Sequence record: SRR16203515_4633
Reading direction: 5' to 3' (one strand)
DNA length: 41,770 nt
The notes beneath the pieces are model-generated. The model made no database searches, was not told the DNA's origin, and saw only the letters and a program-made list of their open reading frames with translations. Each line of letters opens with the position of its first letter. Position 1 is the first letter of the stretch. A program made the translations under genes and the position numbers. This document shows positions 1-9,684 of this stretch, in pieces.

Positions 1-637
1 AATACCCTACTCCTCTAACATTTTTGATTAAATCTACATCAATCTTTTTTCTAATATCTCTTACATGTGAAGAAATTGTATGAAAGTCCTTCATTTTATC
101 TTCATAGATATAATCAGAAATAGTTGAAAAAGAGAGAACTTTACCTCTATTTTTAATCAAAATATATAGAATCTCATTCTGTTTTTTTGATAAAACTACA
201 GCCTCTTTATTACAAAATAGTTGTTTAATATGTAAATCATAAGAGTATCCTTCACCTAACTCTACGATTTTTGTAAAATGGAATTGATTTAATATTGCTT
301 CCATTCTTAGCTCTAACTCTGCTAATTCAAATGGTTTTTTCAAATAATCACTACACCCTAATTTATATGCTTTTTTTACATCTTCAATATCTACTAAGGC
401 ACTAATCATAATAACTGGAACATCAATACTTTTATCTCTTAAGAATTCTAATATCTCTAAACCATTTACATTAGGCACATTAATATCAAAAATAAAAAAA
501 TCATATTCATATAAATTTGTACAATCTAATAATTCTAAACCATCATCAAAAGATACAACATCATTGCCTTTTAATTTTAGATATTTAGAAATATGTTCAT
601 TTAAAGATGTTTCATCTTCTAGTAATAAAATTTTCAT
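1..637 (-). CDS. OmpR/PhoB-family response regulator (3' end runs off the window)
   Basis: Not in the ORF track. ATG at 637 overlaps the upstream TGA (ATGA). Reads MKILLLEDE...FFIFDINVP...MISA...DYLKKPF, then a winged helix ...ISSHVRDIRKK...IKNVRGVGY. Confidence 0.93.
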   Translation of the reverse strand, partial: MKILLLEDETSLNEHISKYLKLKGNDVVSFDDGLELLDCTNLYEYDFFIFDINVPNVNGLEILEFLRDKSIDVPVIMISALVDIEDVKKAYKLGCSDYLKKPFELAELELRMEAILNQFHFTKIVELGEGYSYDLHIKQLFCNKEAVVLSKKQNEILYILIKNRGKVLSFSTISDYIYEDKMKDFHTISSHVRDIRKKIDVDLIKNVRGVGY

Positions 638-1665
638 TTTTTCTCTTTATATGTAAATTTAAATTTTGTTTTGTTGTTTATTGAAGTTACATTTATTTCT
701 ATATCATTCTTTTTACAAATTAAAGCAACAATTTCAAGACCTATACCAAAGCCCATAGATTCACTATCTTCTTGATATAATTTTTCAAATATTTTATCTG
801 GATTACTTAAGATTTTTCCTCTATTACTTATAGAAAAAGATATGAAACCTTCATCTTTCATATCAATTTTAATACTTATTGTCGAATTTTTATATCCATA
901 TTTTAATGCATTTGATAGAATATTTAATACAACTCTTTTTAGCTCTATTTCACTAATAAAAATCATTGGATTATCTACATTTGATTCTAATTCAAAATCC
1001 ATTTCATTATTCAAAGCAATTGGTGTTAAATAATTCATTTGCTCTTTCATAAAAGGTTCTAACTCAATCCATTGAGCTTCAAATTGTGTTACTTCTTTTT
1101 TAATAGAATAATACATATCATCAGAAAATATATTAAGTAATCTCATTGCAGATTTTATACTCTTTAAATAATTAGTATTTCCATGCTCTAAAACCTGCAT
1201 TTCTAAACCTGTAGACATTACACTCAAAGGTGTATATATTTCATGGAATGATTTTTCAACTAAGTTATTTAAAGAAGAGATAATCATACTTGTTTGAAGA
1301 TGAGATTTAACCCTTACAAGAACTTCTTGTTCATGAAAAGGTTTAGGAATATAATCTACTCCTCCCACTTCAAAAGCTTTTACTTTATCATTGGGACTTG
1401 TTAATGCAGATAAAAAAATGATAGGTATGTCTTTTGTCTTTTCATTCTTTTTTATTCTCCTACAAGTTTCATAACCATCAATATTTGGCATTAGAATATC
1501 TAATAAAATTAAATCAGGCTGAATTTCTTCAGCAATTTTTATTGCTTTCTCTCCATCTTTAGAAAGAAATACATCAAAATCATCTTTTTCTAAAATATTT
1601 TTTAGAATATTTAAATTTTCAGTTGTATCATCAACTACTAATATTGTTTTATTATTTGTATTCAT
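634..1665 (-). CDS. Hybrid response regulator/histidine kinase (REC-HisKA-HATPase), soluble
   Basis: Intact REC (ILVVDD, LLDILMP, LSA, IPKPF), H-box FHEIYTPL, N-box NILSNALKY, G2 GFGIGL. Confidence 0.9.
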   Translation of the reverse strand: MNTNNKTILVVDDTTENLNILKNILEKDDFDVFLSKDGEKAIKIAEEIQPDLILLDILMPNIDGYETCRRIKKNEKTKDIPIIFLSALTSPNDKVKAFEVGGVDYIPKPFHEQEVLVRVKSHLQTSMIISSLNNLVEKSFHEIYTPLSVMSTGLEMQVLEHGNTNYLKSIKSAMRLLNIFSDDMYYSIKKEVTQFEAQWIELEPFMKEQMNYLTPIALNNEMDFELESNVDNPMIFISEIELKRVVLNILSNALKYGYKNSTISIKIDMKDEGFISFSISNRGKILSNPDKIFEKLYQEDSESMGFGIGLEIVALICKKNDIEINVTSINNKTKFKFTYKEKK

Positions 1666-3071
1666 ATTTCACTCTTTTTATTACTTAAAATATCTACAAT
1701 TTTATCAAATTCGTACTCTTCTAAATAATTTAGAAGGTACTCTTTTGTTTTATTATCAACTATTTGCCCTATAAGTTTATTACACACTTTATAGTTTCCT
1801 AAATTAGATTCTAATACTAAACTATTTTTTAATTCCTCTTCTATTTTTATATTAAAAGATGTATCCATTGATTCTTTTTTTACAAAATCATACTCACTAG
1901 CACTAAACATAATTAGTACCTGATCAATATCTATAAAACTATATGGTTCTACTATATAAGTAGTTGAAATTTTATTTATATTTGCTAAATCCCTAGCCAT
2001 TACAAGAGATGTTAACGCAACAATAGAAATATCTTTATCTTCATCTTTTAACTTAGCTAAATAGTTTATTTCTTCAGAATTGATATTATCAATATCAATA
2101 AAAATCATATTGTTAATATTATTAAGCTCAATTCCTTTTAATTTATCTAAACTATTAATCTCTTTATATTTTATATTTCTTGTGGAAAAGTAAGTATCTA
2201 ATATAGATATATTTTCTTTTCTACATGAATAAATAATTGGGATAAAACTATCTGAATCTTTAATAGATTTAATTTCTTGTATTTCAAAAATATCTTCTTG
2301 AGTTGAAACAAAAGTTTTAGTGTTTTTTTGGCACTTAATAGAAAATGAGAACTCGCTTCCTTTATTAAGTTTCGAGCTAATATTAAGTTCACTCTCTAAA
2401 AGAGTTAAATTCTTATTTACAATTCCTAAACCCAATCCAAAGCCATCAATATCCTTACTATTCTCACCTCGAACATACTCATTACTTAAATTTATAATAT
2501 CTGATTCATTAATCCCAGAACCAGAGTCTTTAATCTCAAAGATAATAGAATCTTTATTTTCTGAAATATTACAGTTTATGGATACAAAACCCCTATTCGT
2601 AAACTTCACAGCATTTCCAACTAGATTTAATAAAATATAAAAAAGTTTATTCTTATCACTTTTTAATATATATTCTTTATTAATATTTGTATTTAATTCA
2701 AAGTCCAGACCTTTTGATGAGGCAAGATTTTTGAAAATAGAATATATGTTTAATAATAGTTCTTTTAAATTAAATTGTGAGAGTATGATCTTATCATTAC
2801 CACTATTTTTACTTAATGTAATAATATTGTTAATTAAATCAATCATATGAGAAGTAGCATTAATGATTTTCTTAACGCTTTTTTTATTATCCGTACTTAA
2901 TGTATTATCATTATCTAAAATTTGAGCATTCCCATAAATTGCATTTAGCAAAGTTCTTACATCATGGGAAATATTAGATAAAAAAAGGTCTCTATGTTTA
3001 TCTGATTCCTTTTTTCTGCTCTGTTCAATAATAGTTATTAATTCTTTTTTTGTTAAGTTTGAGTAATCCAT
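1662..3071 (-). CDS. Soluble hybrid histidine kinase (HisKA-HATPase) with degenerate C-terminal receiver
   Basis: SNISHDVRT H-box, NLVGNAVKFT, DSGSGI, GFGLGL. The C-terminal REC-like part lacks the acidic pocket and has VEP for KP. No TM segment. Confidence 0.88.
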   Translation of the reverse strand: MDYSNLTKKELITIIEQSRKKESDKHRDLFLSNISHDVRTLLNAIYGNAQILDNDNTLSTDNKKSVKKIINATSHMIDLINNIITLSKNSGNDKIILSQFNLKELLLNIYSIFKNLASSKGLDFELNTNINKEYILKSDKNKLFYILLNLVGNAVKFTNRGFVSINCNISENKDSIIFEIKDSGSGINESDIINLSNEYVRGENSKDIDGFGLGLGIVNKNLTLLESELNISSKLNKGSEFSFSIKCQKNTKTFVSTQEDIFEIQEIKSIKDSDSFIPIIYSCRKENISILDTYFSTRNIKYKEINSLDKLKGIELNNINNMIFIDIDNINSEEINYLAKLKDEDKDISIVALTSLVMARDLANINKISTTYIVEPYSFIDIDQVLIMFSASEYDFVKKESMDTSFNIKIEEELKNSLVLESNLGNYKVCNKLIGQIVDNKTKEYLLNYLEEYEFDKIVDILSNKKSEI

Positions 3072-3112
3072 ATTAAATAATAACAGAATTTAAATTATTT
3101 CTTACTACTAAA

Positions 3113-3958
3113 CTACAGTGAAATATTCTTTGATATAAGTTTTTCATCTATTTTATAGACTAAAAAAGTTTTTTTATCTATGATTTTATTAGAAACAATA
3201 ATCTTATTTTGTAAATCTAAATTTGTTCCAATATAAGTATTATCATAAATTATTGAAGAGTTTATATTTGTATTATTTTCAATAATTACATTATTTGAAA
3301 TAATTACATTTGGCCCAATAACACAATTATCCAATATCTTTACATTATCTTGAATAACAACAGGTTCAATTAACTTTGAGCTTGGGGAAATCTTTACATT
3401 TTTACCTATAATAATATTATTATCATTACTATATCCATAGGTATAATCAATAGAATCAATTCTATTTAAAATATAGTTTAATACTTCCAAATAGTTATCT
3501 AAAGAACTAATAGCTTTTATTTTAATAAAATCTATGTCATTTACTTTAGATACACCTCTTTTGTGATAACTTAATTCAAATGTATTTTCTTTCAACATAA
3601 AACCATGTTTTAAAGTTGATATATTCTCTTTTATTGTCTCAAAAGAAGTATAAATAAATCCAATATTATACATACATAAAAGGTCATGACTATTAAGATA
3701 TTCATAATCTAAACTACTCTCATCTTCAATAAAATTAACTTGAGGTGAAAAAACTTTAGATAAATAAAACTCATCAACAAAACTATTCAAATCTTTTCCA
3801 AGAACAAATATCTCATCTACTTCTAATTCATTAAAAAAATCAAAATAGTAAGAGAAGAGTTCTTTTCCACAAACCTTTAGTTGTAATAGATTATTACTTA
3901 AAAGCTCAAGTTCCCCACTAGGCGATAATTTCGTTGATATTTTGATTATAGCTTTCAT
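3113..3958 (-). CDS. NDP-sugar pyrophosphorylase-like protein: degenerate N-terminal domain plus hexapeptide left-handed beta-helix
   Basis: MKAII start without the LAAGxGTR motif; LLQLKVCGKEL resembles the PKPMIPLLQKP region; C-terminal repeats IIIGKNVKI, VVIQDNVKI, CVIGPNVII. Start moved to 3958 (GGAG 7 nt upstream). Confidence 0.75.
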   Translation of the reverse strand: MKAIIKISTKLSPSGELELLSNNLLQLKVCGKELFSYYFDFFNELEVDEIFVLGKDLNSFVDEFYLSKVFSPQVNFIEDESSLDYEYLNSHDLLCMYNIGFIYTSFETIKENISTLKHGFMLKENTFELSYHKRGVSKVNDIDFIKIKAISSLDNYLEVLNYILNRIDSIDYTYGYSNDNNIIIGKNVKISPSSKLIEPVVIQDNVKILDNCVIGPNVIISNNVIIENNTNINSSIIYDNTYIGTNLDLQNKIIVSNKIIDKKTFLVYKIDEKLISKNISL

Positions 3959-4307
3959 TGTCATTCTCCATTAGTTTAAAACTATTAATAGCATCATTTT
4001 CATTTTCATAAATATCTATAATTGAATTAACTCTTGTTATTTCAAAAATCAGTTTTGCTTGATCTAATAAGTTATGAATTTTTACATCCCCATCTTTTTC
4101 TCTTAATTTTTTCAAACAAAAAACAATATAACCAAGTCCAGAAGAGTCAATCATTGTTACTTCTTTAAAATCAAATAAGAAATATTTGTATGATGATTCA
4201 TATTCAAAAAATTCTCTTTTTAAATCACTTACGTCTTCAAGCATAAGCTCACCTTTTAGACTAACAACTAAAACATTACCTTTGTTTTCATATTTTGCCT
4301 CTAACAT
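3918..4307 (-). CDS. STAS-domain anti-sigma-factor antagonist (RsbV/SpoIIAA/SypA-like)
   Basis: LKGEL...FDFKEVTMIDSSGLG with the phosphorylatable Ser; IFEITR; AAGGAG RBS. Confidence 0.92.
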   Translation of the reverse strand: MLEAKYENKGNVLVVSLKGELMLEDVSDLKREFFEYESSYKYFLFDFKEVTMIDSSGLGYIVFCLKKLREKDGDVKIHNLLDQAKLIFEITRVNSIIDIYENENDAINSFKLMENDNESYNQNINEIIA

Positions 4308-4329
4308 AATAAACTCCTTATTTTTTATA

Positions 4330-4363
4330 ATTATAAAATTCTTGTATGCAAAAAAATTGCAAT
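4330..4363 (-). promoter_or_regulatory. EPS-box promoter 1 (direct repeat plus -10)
   Basis: Minus strand ATTGCAA-TTTT-TTTGCAT-ACAAGAATTT-TATAAT, 22 nt before ATG 4307. Confidence 0.8.
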
Positions 4364-4367
4364 TACA

Positions 4368-6305
4368 CTAATAAGAACCTTTTTGGAATAAAACAGCTGG
4401 AATTGTTTTTAATAATAAAACTATATCTTTTAGTAAAGATTGCGTTTTTATATACTCTTTATCCATTTGAACTTGTTCTTTAAAAGGAATGCTGCTTCTT
4501 CCAGAAACCTGCCAAATACACGTAATGCCAGGTTTTGCATCTAATCTTTTTTTATCATCCATGTTGTATAACTTAACCTCATCAATTACAGGTGGTCTAG
4601 GACCTACTAAACTCATATTACCTAAGAATACATTTGCTAATTGAGGTAATTCATCAATACTTGTTTTTCTAATAAATTTACCTATTTTAGTAATTCTTGG
4701 ATCATCTTTCATTTTAAAAATCACTCCATCTTTAGATTGGTTTTGATCTTTTAATTTTTCTTTTAACTCTTCTGCATCAACTACCATAGATCTGAATTTA
4801 AACATTTTAAATATCTTTCCATTTAAACCTACTCTATCTTGAACAAAAAATACATCTCCTTTACTAGTAAGTTTTATAATCACAGCTACGACTATAAAAA
4901 GAGGTAAAAAAAGTATCATCAAAATAAATGAAGCAAGTACATCTATTGATCTTTTTAGAAAATTTCTTGAAACAATAGCTAGTTTCCAAATAACTTTTTG
5001 TAGATTTAGTTTCTTTGGTTTATCATAAGTATTAAGATAATTATCAATTAAACTATCATTTTGTAATTGTTTTTTATATCTAAGAACTCTATATATAAAT
5101 AAAGGATTGCCAAGAATATATCTTTTCCACATTCTTTTAGGTTCTTGTATCATTCTATAAACCCACTCAAACCCTGTTTCTCTTAAATACATTGGAGCTC
5201 TTTTAATATTAGAAGAATAAAAATCAAATAAACCTCCAACTCCTATAATTACATTAGAGTTCAATTGATTTTTATATTTTTCAATAAAAATCTCTTGCAT
5301 AGGTGCTCCCATAGCCACAAGCAAGATATCAGCCCCAGTATTATTGATTCTATTAATTAACTCTGTTTGTTCTACTTCATGATTAATATAACCGTGAGCT
5401 GTTCCCACTATTTGTAAGTTTGGATATTTTTCCAATAGTTTTTCTTTTGCTTTTAAAGCTACTCCATCTTTTGCTCCAAGAAGAAATATTTTAAAAGAGT
5501 TTGTTTGACTTAATAAACAAATATGAGGAAGCATATCTGTACCATTTACATTCTCTTTTAGTTTCTGTTTTAGAATATTGCAAGCTATATTTATTCCACT
5601 ACCATCTGGTAGTACTAAATCTGCTTTTGCAAGTGTTTGTTTATATTCATTATTAGAGAATGTTTTGTTTAAACAATCAGCATTAATAAAAGATATAATT
5701 TTTTTATCTTTTTTATAAATACTATTTTTTATAATCTCTAATATTTCATTCATTGCTAGATTATTAAAAGTAATATCAAAGATAGTGATAGTTTTTGAGA
5801 TTTTATTAGTTTTTGAAAAATACAATAAACTAATCATACCCTTACATAAAATAGATAAATCACTAAAAAAAGATTGATTAGATATATACTCTTTATTGCA
5901 TGAGCTGATATTAATATTTGCTATTTTAGAATTAGCTCGGATAAACCATAAACTAAAAATTCCAGGTTTATGATTTACTTTATATTTAATACTTTCATTA
6001 TATTTAACTAAAGCTACCCCAACTAATGATATTTTAGAGATTAAAACAAAATAGTATAAAGGCATACTTTTAATAAAGATATTATTCGTATTAAAAAAAC
6101 TAAGATCTATTTGATTATATTCATCTAAAAAGAATTGTTTTTTAGTATAAATTTCTTTATTAGAAAGAATCTTACGAAAGAAGAAAGTCATATAAACAAA
6201 TATTCCTAAAGTCAATATGAACATAGAAATACTAATCTCAAAAACACGTTTTGTTACAATATAAAAACTATCTAGTTTTATATAATTCAATAATTTTGTT
6301 TGCAT
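4368..6305 (-). CDS. Fusion: degenerate phosphoglycosyl transferase + WecB/TagA/CpsF (GT26) + intact bacterial sugar transferase (initiating PGT)
   Basis: N-terminal KRVFE..ISLVG..KPGIFSLW; middle LPDGSG, NGTD, AMGAPMQE, GVGGLFD, RAP..EW..R..QEPKR; C-terminal KFRSM, DPRIT, SIDELPQL, SLVGPRP, KPGIT. Start 6305 has a GGAG RBS. Confidence 0.9.
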   Translation of the reverse strand: MQTKLLNYIKLDSFYIVTKRVFEISISMFILTLGIFVYMTFFFRKILSNKEIYTKKQFFLDEYNQIDLSFFNTNNIFIKSMPLYYFVLISKISLVGVALVKYNESIKYKVNHKPGIFSLWFIRANSKIANINISSCNKEYISNQSFFSDLSILCKGMISLLYFSKTNKISKTITIFDITFNNLAMNEILEIIKNSIYKKDKKIISFINADCLNKTFSNNEYKQTLAKADLVLPDGSGINIACNILKQKLKENVNGTDMLPHICLLSQTNSFKIFLLGAKDGVALKAKEKLLEKYPNLQIVGTAHGYINHEVEQTELINRINNTGADILLVAMGAPMQEIFIEKYKNQLNSNVIIGVGGLFDFYSSNIKRAPMYLRETGFEWVYRMIQEPKRMWKRYILGNPLFIYRVLRYKKQLQNDSLIDNYLNTYDKPKKLNLQKVIWKLAIVSRNFLKRSIDVLASFILMILFLPLFIVVAVIIKLTSKGDVFFVQDRVGLNGKIFKMFKFRSMVVDAEELKEKLKDQNQSKDGVIFKMKDDPRITKIGKFIRKTSIDELPQLANVFLGNMSLVGPRPPVIDEVKLYNMDDKKRLDAKPGITCIWQVSGRSSIPFKEQVQMDKEYIKTQSLLKDIVLLLKTIPAVLFQKGSY

Positions 6306-7386
6306 GATAACTCCAATCATATTTTTTTACTTCTACTAAACCTTTAGCAACCATTTCTTCTTGTTTACTTTCATCACTTAAAACTTCTTCAATACAATTT
6401 TTTATACTCAAAGGACTATATTCATCAAAGAAAGCAGATACATCTTTTCCTATTTCTAATAGTGAGGAATTAGAGGCACATAAAGTTGGTACTTTCATTG
6501 CCATTGCTTCAATCAAAGGAATTCCAAAACCTTCATAATAAGAAGGGAATATAAATAGTTTTGCATTATAGAAAATAGAAGGTAACTCTTCATTTTCTAA
6601 AAAGCCTAAAATTTTAATTGATTCTTTATCTTTTGACTTTTGTATATGTTCTATAATCACATGGGAGTTTTCTTTTTGATTCCCAACTAATACTAAATCA
6701 TATTCATCTTTTATCTCAAGAGGTAAAGCTTCATAAGCTTTTATTAGATTAAGATGATTCTTTCCTGGGTGCTCTAATCTTGATACATATAAAAAGTATT
6801 TTTTATTTAAAGAGAGTTTTTCTTTTATTTTTTCAAAGTCACCTTTGGGACTATGAAATAATTCTTTATCAACCCCATTGTAATTAACAGTAATTCTTTG
6901 TGAGTCTATATTAAAATGTTTTTCCATATCAAGTTTTGTATTATTACTAACAGCAATTATTTTTTTGATTGGTTTTAAAAAAATTGGAATAATATGTTTT
7001 ATATAAAACATTCTAAAAAAGTCATATTTATTTGATACATTAAATTGAGATAAATCATGAAATGTAGCAATTGTAAAAATAGGATAAAAAGCCATTAGTC
7101 TTCTATTAGCAGCAGGTAAAAACATAAAATCATAATCTTTATTTACATAAAAAGGTAAAAAGAACATATGAAATATCAAATTTAAAATACTGGATTTAAG
7201 AATATTAGGAAATAAGATAAAATGAATATTTTTATGTTTTCTTTTAAAGTTATCCATATCTTTTTCTAATAAAGCAACATAAATCTTATTATCTTGTGCA
7301 AGATTATATATAGTATTTTCAATATAGTTTGAGATGCCTGATTTCCCATCATCAAAGGCTAAGGCACTAACAAATATCTTTTTCAT
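6268..7386 (-). CDS. Glycosyltransferase family 4 (mannosyltransferase-like)
   Basis: TFHDL, SRLEHPGKN, FPSYYEGFGIPLIEAMA (EX7E). Confidence 0.92.
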   Translation of the reverse strand: MKKIFVSALAFDDGKSGISNYIENTIYNLAQDNKIYVALLEKDMDNFKRKHKNIHFILFPNILKSSILNLIFHMFFLPFYVNKDYDFMFLPAANRRLMAFYPIFTIATFHDLSQFNVSNKYDFFRMFYIKHIIPIFLKPIKKIIAVSNNTKLDMEKHFNIDSQRITVNYNGVDKELFHSPKGDFEKIKEKLSLNKKYFLYVSRLEHPGKNHLNLIKAYEALPLEIKDEYDLVLVGNQKENSHVIIEHIQKSKDKESIKILGFLENEELPSIFYNAKLFIFPSYYEGFGIPLIEAMAMKVPTLCASNSSLLEIGKDVSAFFDEYSPLSIKNCIEEVLSDESKQEEMVAKGLVEVKKYDWSYHANKIIELYKTR

Positions 7387-7410
7387 AATAACTCTCCTAT
7401 CTTTTTTATT

Positions 7411-7444
7411 ATCATAAGAAAGTTAGGTGCAAAAACATTGCAAT
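7411..7444 (-). promoter_or_regulatory. EPS-box promoter 2
   Basis: Minus strand ATTGCAA-TGTT-TTTGCAC-CTAACTTTCT-TATGAT, 24 nt before ATG 7386. Confidence 0.8.
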
Positions 7445-7461
7445 TTAATTATAAAAAAGAA

Positions 7462-7977
7462 TTATAGTATTTGTTTTATGATTTTTTTTGAGGCACTTTT
7501 TGAGTTTAAAAGTTGATAATCTATATTTTCATTATTCAACATTGTAAGTATTTTGTTATCTAAATCTATAGCTTCTTCTAGAGTTTCATTTCTTCCATAT
7601 TCTTGATAAACAATATCTTTTCTTTTCAAAAAGAAATTGATATTTTCATACTTATTAAAAACATCTAACAACATTTGTTTAAATAGTTTTTCATCATAAA
7701 TAGATGTTTGTTTATAAAATACATATCCTAAAAGAAAAGAACCATCACATATTGCATAATCAACCTCATTTTCTAAACGCAATAGATTATGGTGTTGTTG
7801 AGCAAAGATATATAAATAATCATCTAAAGTTCTAAAACTTTTTTCATAAGTTAAGTCCTTAGCAAACTCACTTACATATTCAACTTTTTGATTCATTTTT
7901 TTTAATTTAGAAAACAGACTAACAGCAGTAGTAGATTTACCACTTCCCGGACCTGCAAAGATATTAATTACTTTCAT
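7462..7977 (-). CDS. Small P-loop kinase/ATPase (AAA_28/NadR-kinase-like)
   Basis: INIFAGPGSGKST Walker A, EYVSEFAKD, AICDGS, YQEYGRNET; AGGAG RBS. Confidence 0.8.
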   Translation of the reverse strand: MKVINIFAGPGSGKSTTAVSLFSKLKKMNQKVEYVSEFAKDLTYEKSFRTLDDYLYIFAQQHHNLLRLENEVDYAICDGSFLLGYVFYKQTSIYDEKLFKQMLLDVFNKYENINFFLKRKDIVYQEYGRNETLEEAIDLDNKILTMLNNENIDYQLLNSKSASKKIIKQIL

Positions 7978-7986
7978 AACAAACTC

Positions 7987-8865
7987 CTATTGATAATTTC
8001 CATAAGTGGCTTTTTGTTTTAAAATCTTTCTGCTTTGGCCGTTTTTATGACCTTTATAATATGCATATTGATAAATAAATCTTCTTATTATTGCTTTTGT
8101 AAACTCACAATATTCACAAGTTTTTATATGATATTTAAAATCATTGAAAAGCGAAGCTGCATAAGATTTACACATATTATAAATACTAAATTTATTATTA
8201 AAAATAAAAGCATCTGCTTCCCCTTCTACAAATCGTCTATTATATATTTGATCCAAAGTATAATTATGAGAGTGCATAACAAGTGCATTAGCTACATATT
8301 TAACTACAAGATTTTTATTTCTTAGATCATAACCCATTTTTGTATCCTCTGAAGCCCAAGCTTTTGTATAAAAAGGATTTTTATGCCAAACTGTTTTTTT
8401 TATTCCTGATAAAGGTAATGAAAAGTACATCCAAGTAGGAGCATTTGATTTATTTGGAAAAGCTAATTCGTAATCTCTTTTTACCCAAGGTTTTGCTTCG
8501 GGTCTTGCAATTTGTCTAGCAAAAACAGCACTTACCTGCTCTTTTTTTAGTTCATTAATTAGATTTAATAAACAGTGTTTATTTAACATCACTGTGTCTG
8601 AGTTTAAAAATACAATTAGATTTGTTTTTGTTTTTGATACTGCATTATTTAATACGATTCCTGGATGATAATCTTCTGCTTTTACCTCTATTAACTTATG
8701 TTCATAAAAAGCAGCTTGTTTTAGCGTGTCATCACTTGAACCAGAATCTACAATTAATAATTCAAAATCTTTGTATGTTTGAGAAAACAAAGCTTTTAGG
8801 GTTTTTGAAATAATATCCGAATTGTTTTTTGTTCGAACAATCACTGTTGTTTCTATATTTTTCAT
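7987..8865 (-). CDS. Glycosyltransferase family 2
   Basis: IVDSGSSDDT, FLNSD, FARQ, ASED, HSHNY. Confidence 0.9.
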   Translation of the reverse strand: MKNIETTVIVRTKNNSDIISKTLKALFSQTYKDFELLIVDSGSSDDTLKQAAFYEHKLIEVKAEDYHPGIVLNNAVSKTKTNLIVFLNSDTVMLNKHCLLNLINELKKEQVSAVFARQIARPEAKPWVKRDYELAFPNKSNAPTWMYFSLPLSGIKKTVWHKNPFYTKAWASEDTKMGYDLRNKNLVVKYVANALVMHSHNYTLDQIYNRRFVEGEADAFIFNNKFSIYNMCKSYAASLFNDFKYHIKTCEYCEFTKAIIRRFIYQYAYYKGHKNGQSRKILKQKATYGNYQ

Positions 8866-9674
8866 GATTTAGCCTTTACAAGTTCACTCATATGTACAGT
8901 TTCACAAGTAGAAATATATTCCAAAATTCTTTTTACTTGTTTGAAGTTATCACATAAATACATAGTAATAGGATGTATGATTACATTTGATACGAGCCCC
9001 TTAGCTTCTCTATCTTTTAGTTGTTCTAAAACTAGATTTGCCCATGTTTCCACATAATAAGACTCTTTACCAAAATCATCACTCCAGTTGTATCTTTTTT
9101 GCCACTTCTCAATCCATTGAGGAGTTCTCTCCGCATGAATTAAATGTTCATGATCTGGAATAATATTAATAGGAAAATTATAAATTCCTGTTTTATGTAA
9201 AGATGGTTCATTTGAAGCTTTTTTTACTCCATCAGAACAGATTTGTATTCCTGCATCAAAAAGTACTTCTTCTGTATTTTCACCATGCATATACATATGG
9301 TTTCTCCACACTTTTATATCTTTTCCTGTTTTCTCTTTTATAATTTCTATTGTCTTTAATGTATCATTTCGTTGATACCATTTAGGACCATTATAATTTT
9401 TTGTTAGTTTATTCCAAACTCTATGGAAAAACTCATTTTCAAAGGCATCATAGTTGTGTCCTCCTACTTCTATTAAAGGATTAAATACTATCTGTTTTAC
9501 ATCACTCCACTCTTCTTCAAAAGATTTACCAGTGATAAAATAATTCATCTTAATATCGTAAACCTCTAAAAGTCTTAGAAATAATATAGCTGTTTGCATT
9601 TCACTAATATCACTGTGTTGTTGATTTCCCGTATTTAAACTCATATGATGTAAATCACCTGTTAAACAAATCAT
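8862..9674 (-). CDS. Polysaccharide deacetylase (NodB/CE4-like), no signal peptide
   Basis: LTGDLHH motif-1 variant, YFITG, EVGGHNY, WRNH, IIHP. Confidence 0.72.
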   Translation of the reverse strand: MICLTGDLHHMSLNTGNQQHSDISEMQTAILFLRLLEVYDIKMNYFITGKSFEEEWSDVKQIVFNPLIEVGGHNYDAFENEFFHRVWNKLTKNYNGPKWYQRNDTLKTIEIIKEKTGKDIKVWRNHMYMHGENTEEVLFDAGIQICSDGVKKASNEPSLHKTGIYNFPINIIPDHEHLIHAERTPQWIEKWQKRYNWSDDFGKESYYVETWANLVLEQLKDREAKGLVSNVIIHPITMYLCDNFKQVKRILEYISTCETVHMSELVKAKS

Positions 9675-9684
9675 AATTTATCCT

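Noticed and set aside
4346-4363. Reading the TTGCA-N6-TGCA boxes as sigma54 -24/-12 promoters
   Set aside because: The spacing fits, but all five copies have TG instead of the near-invariant GG, no enhancer-binding protein is in the window, and a sigma70-type -10 lies exactly 10 nt downstream in each. Disfavoured, not excluded.
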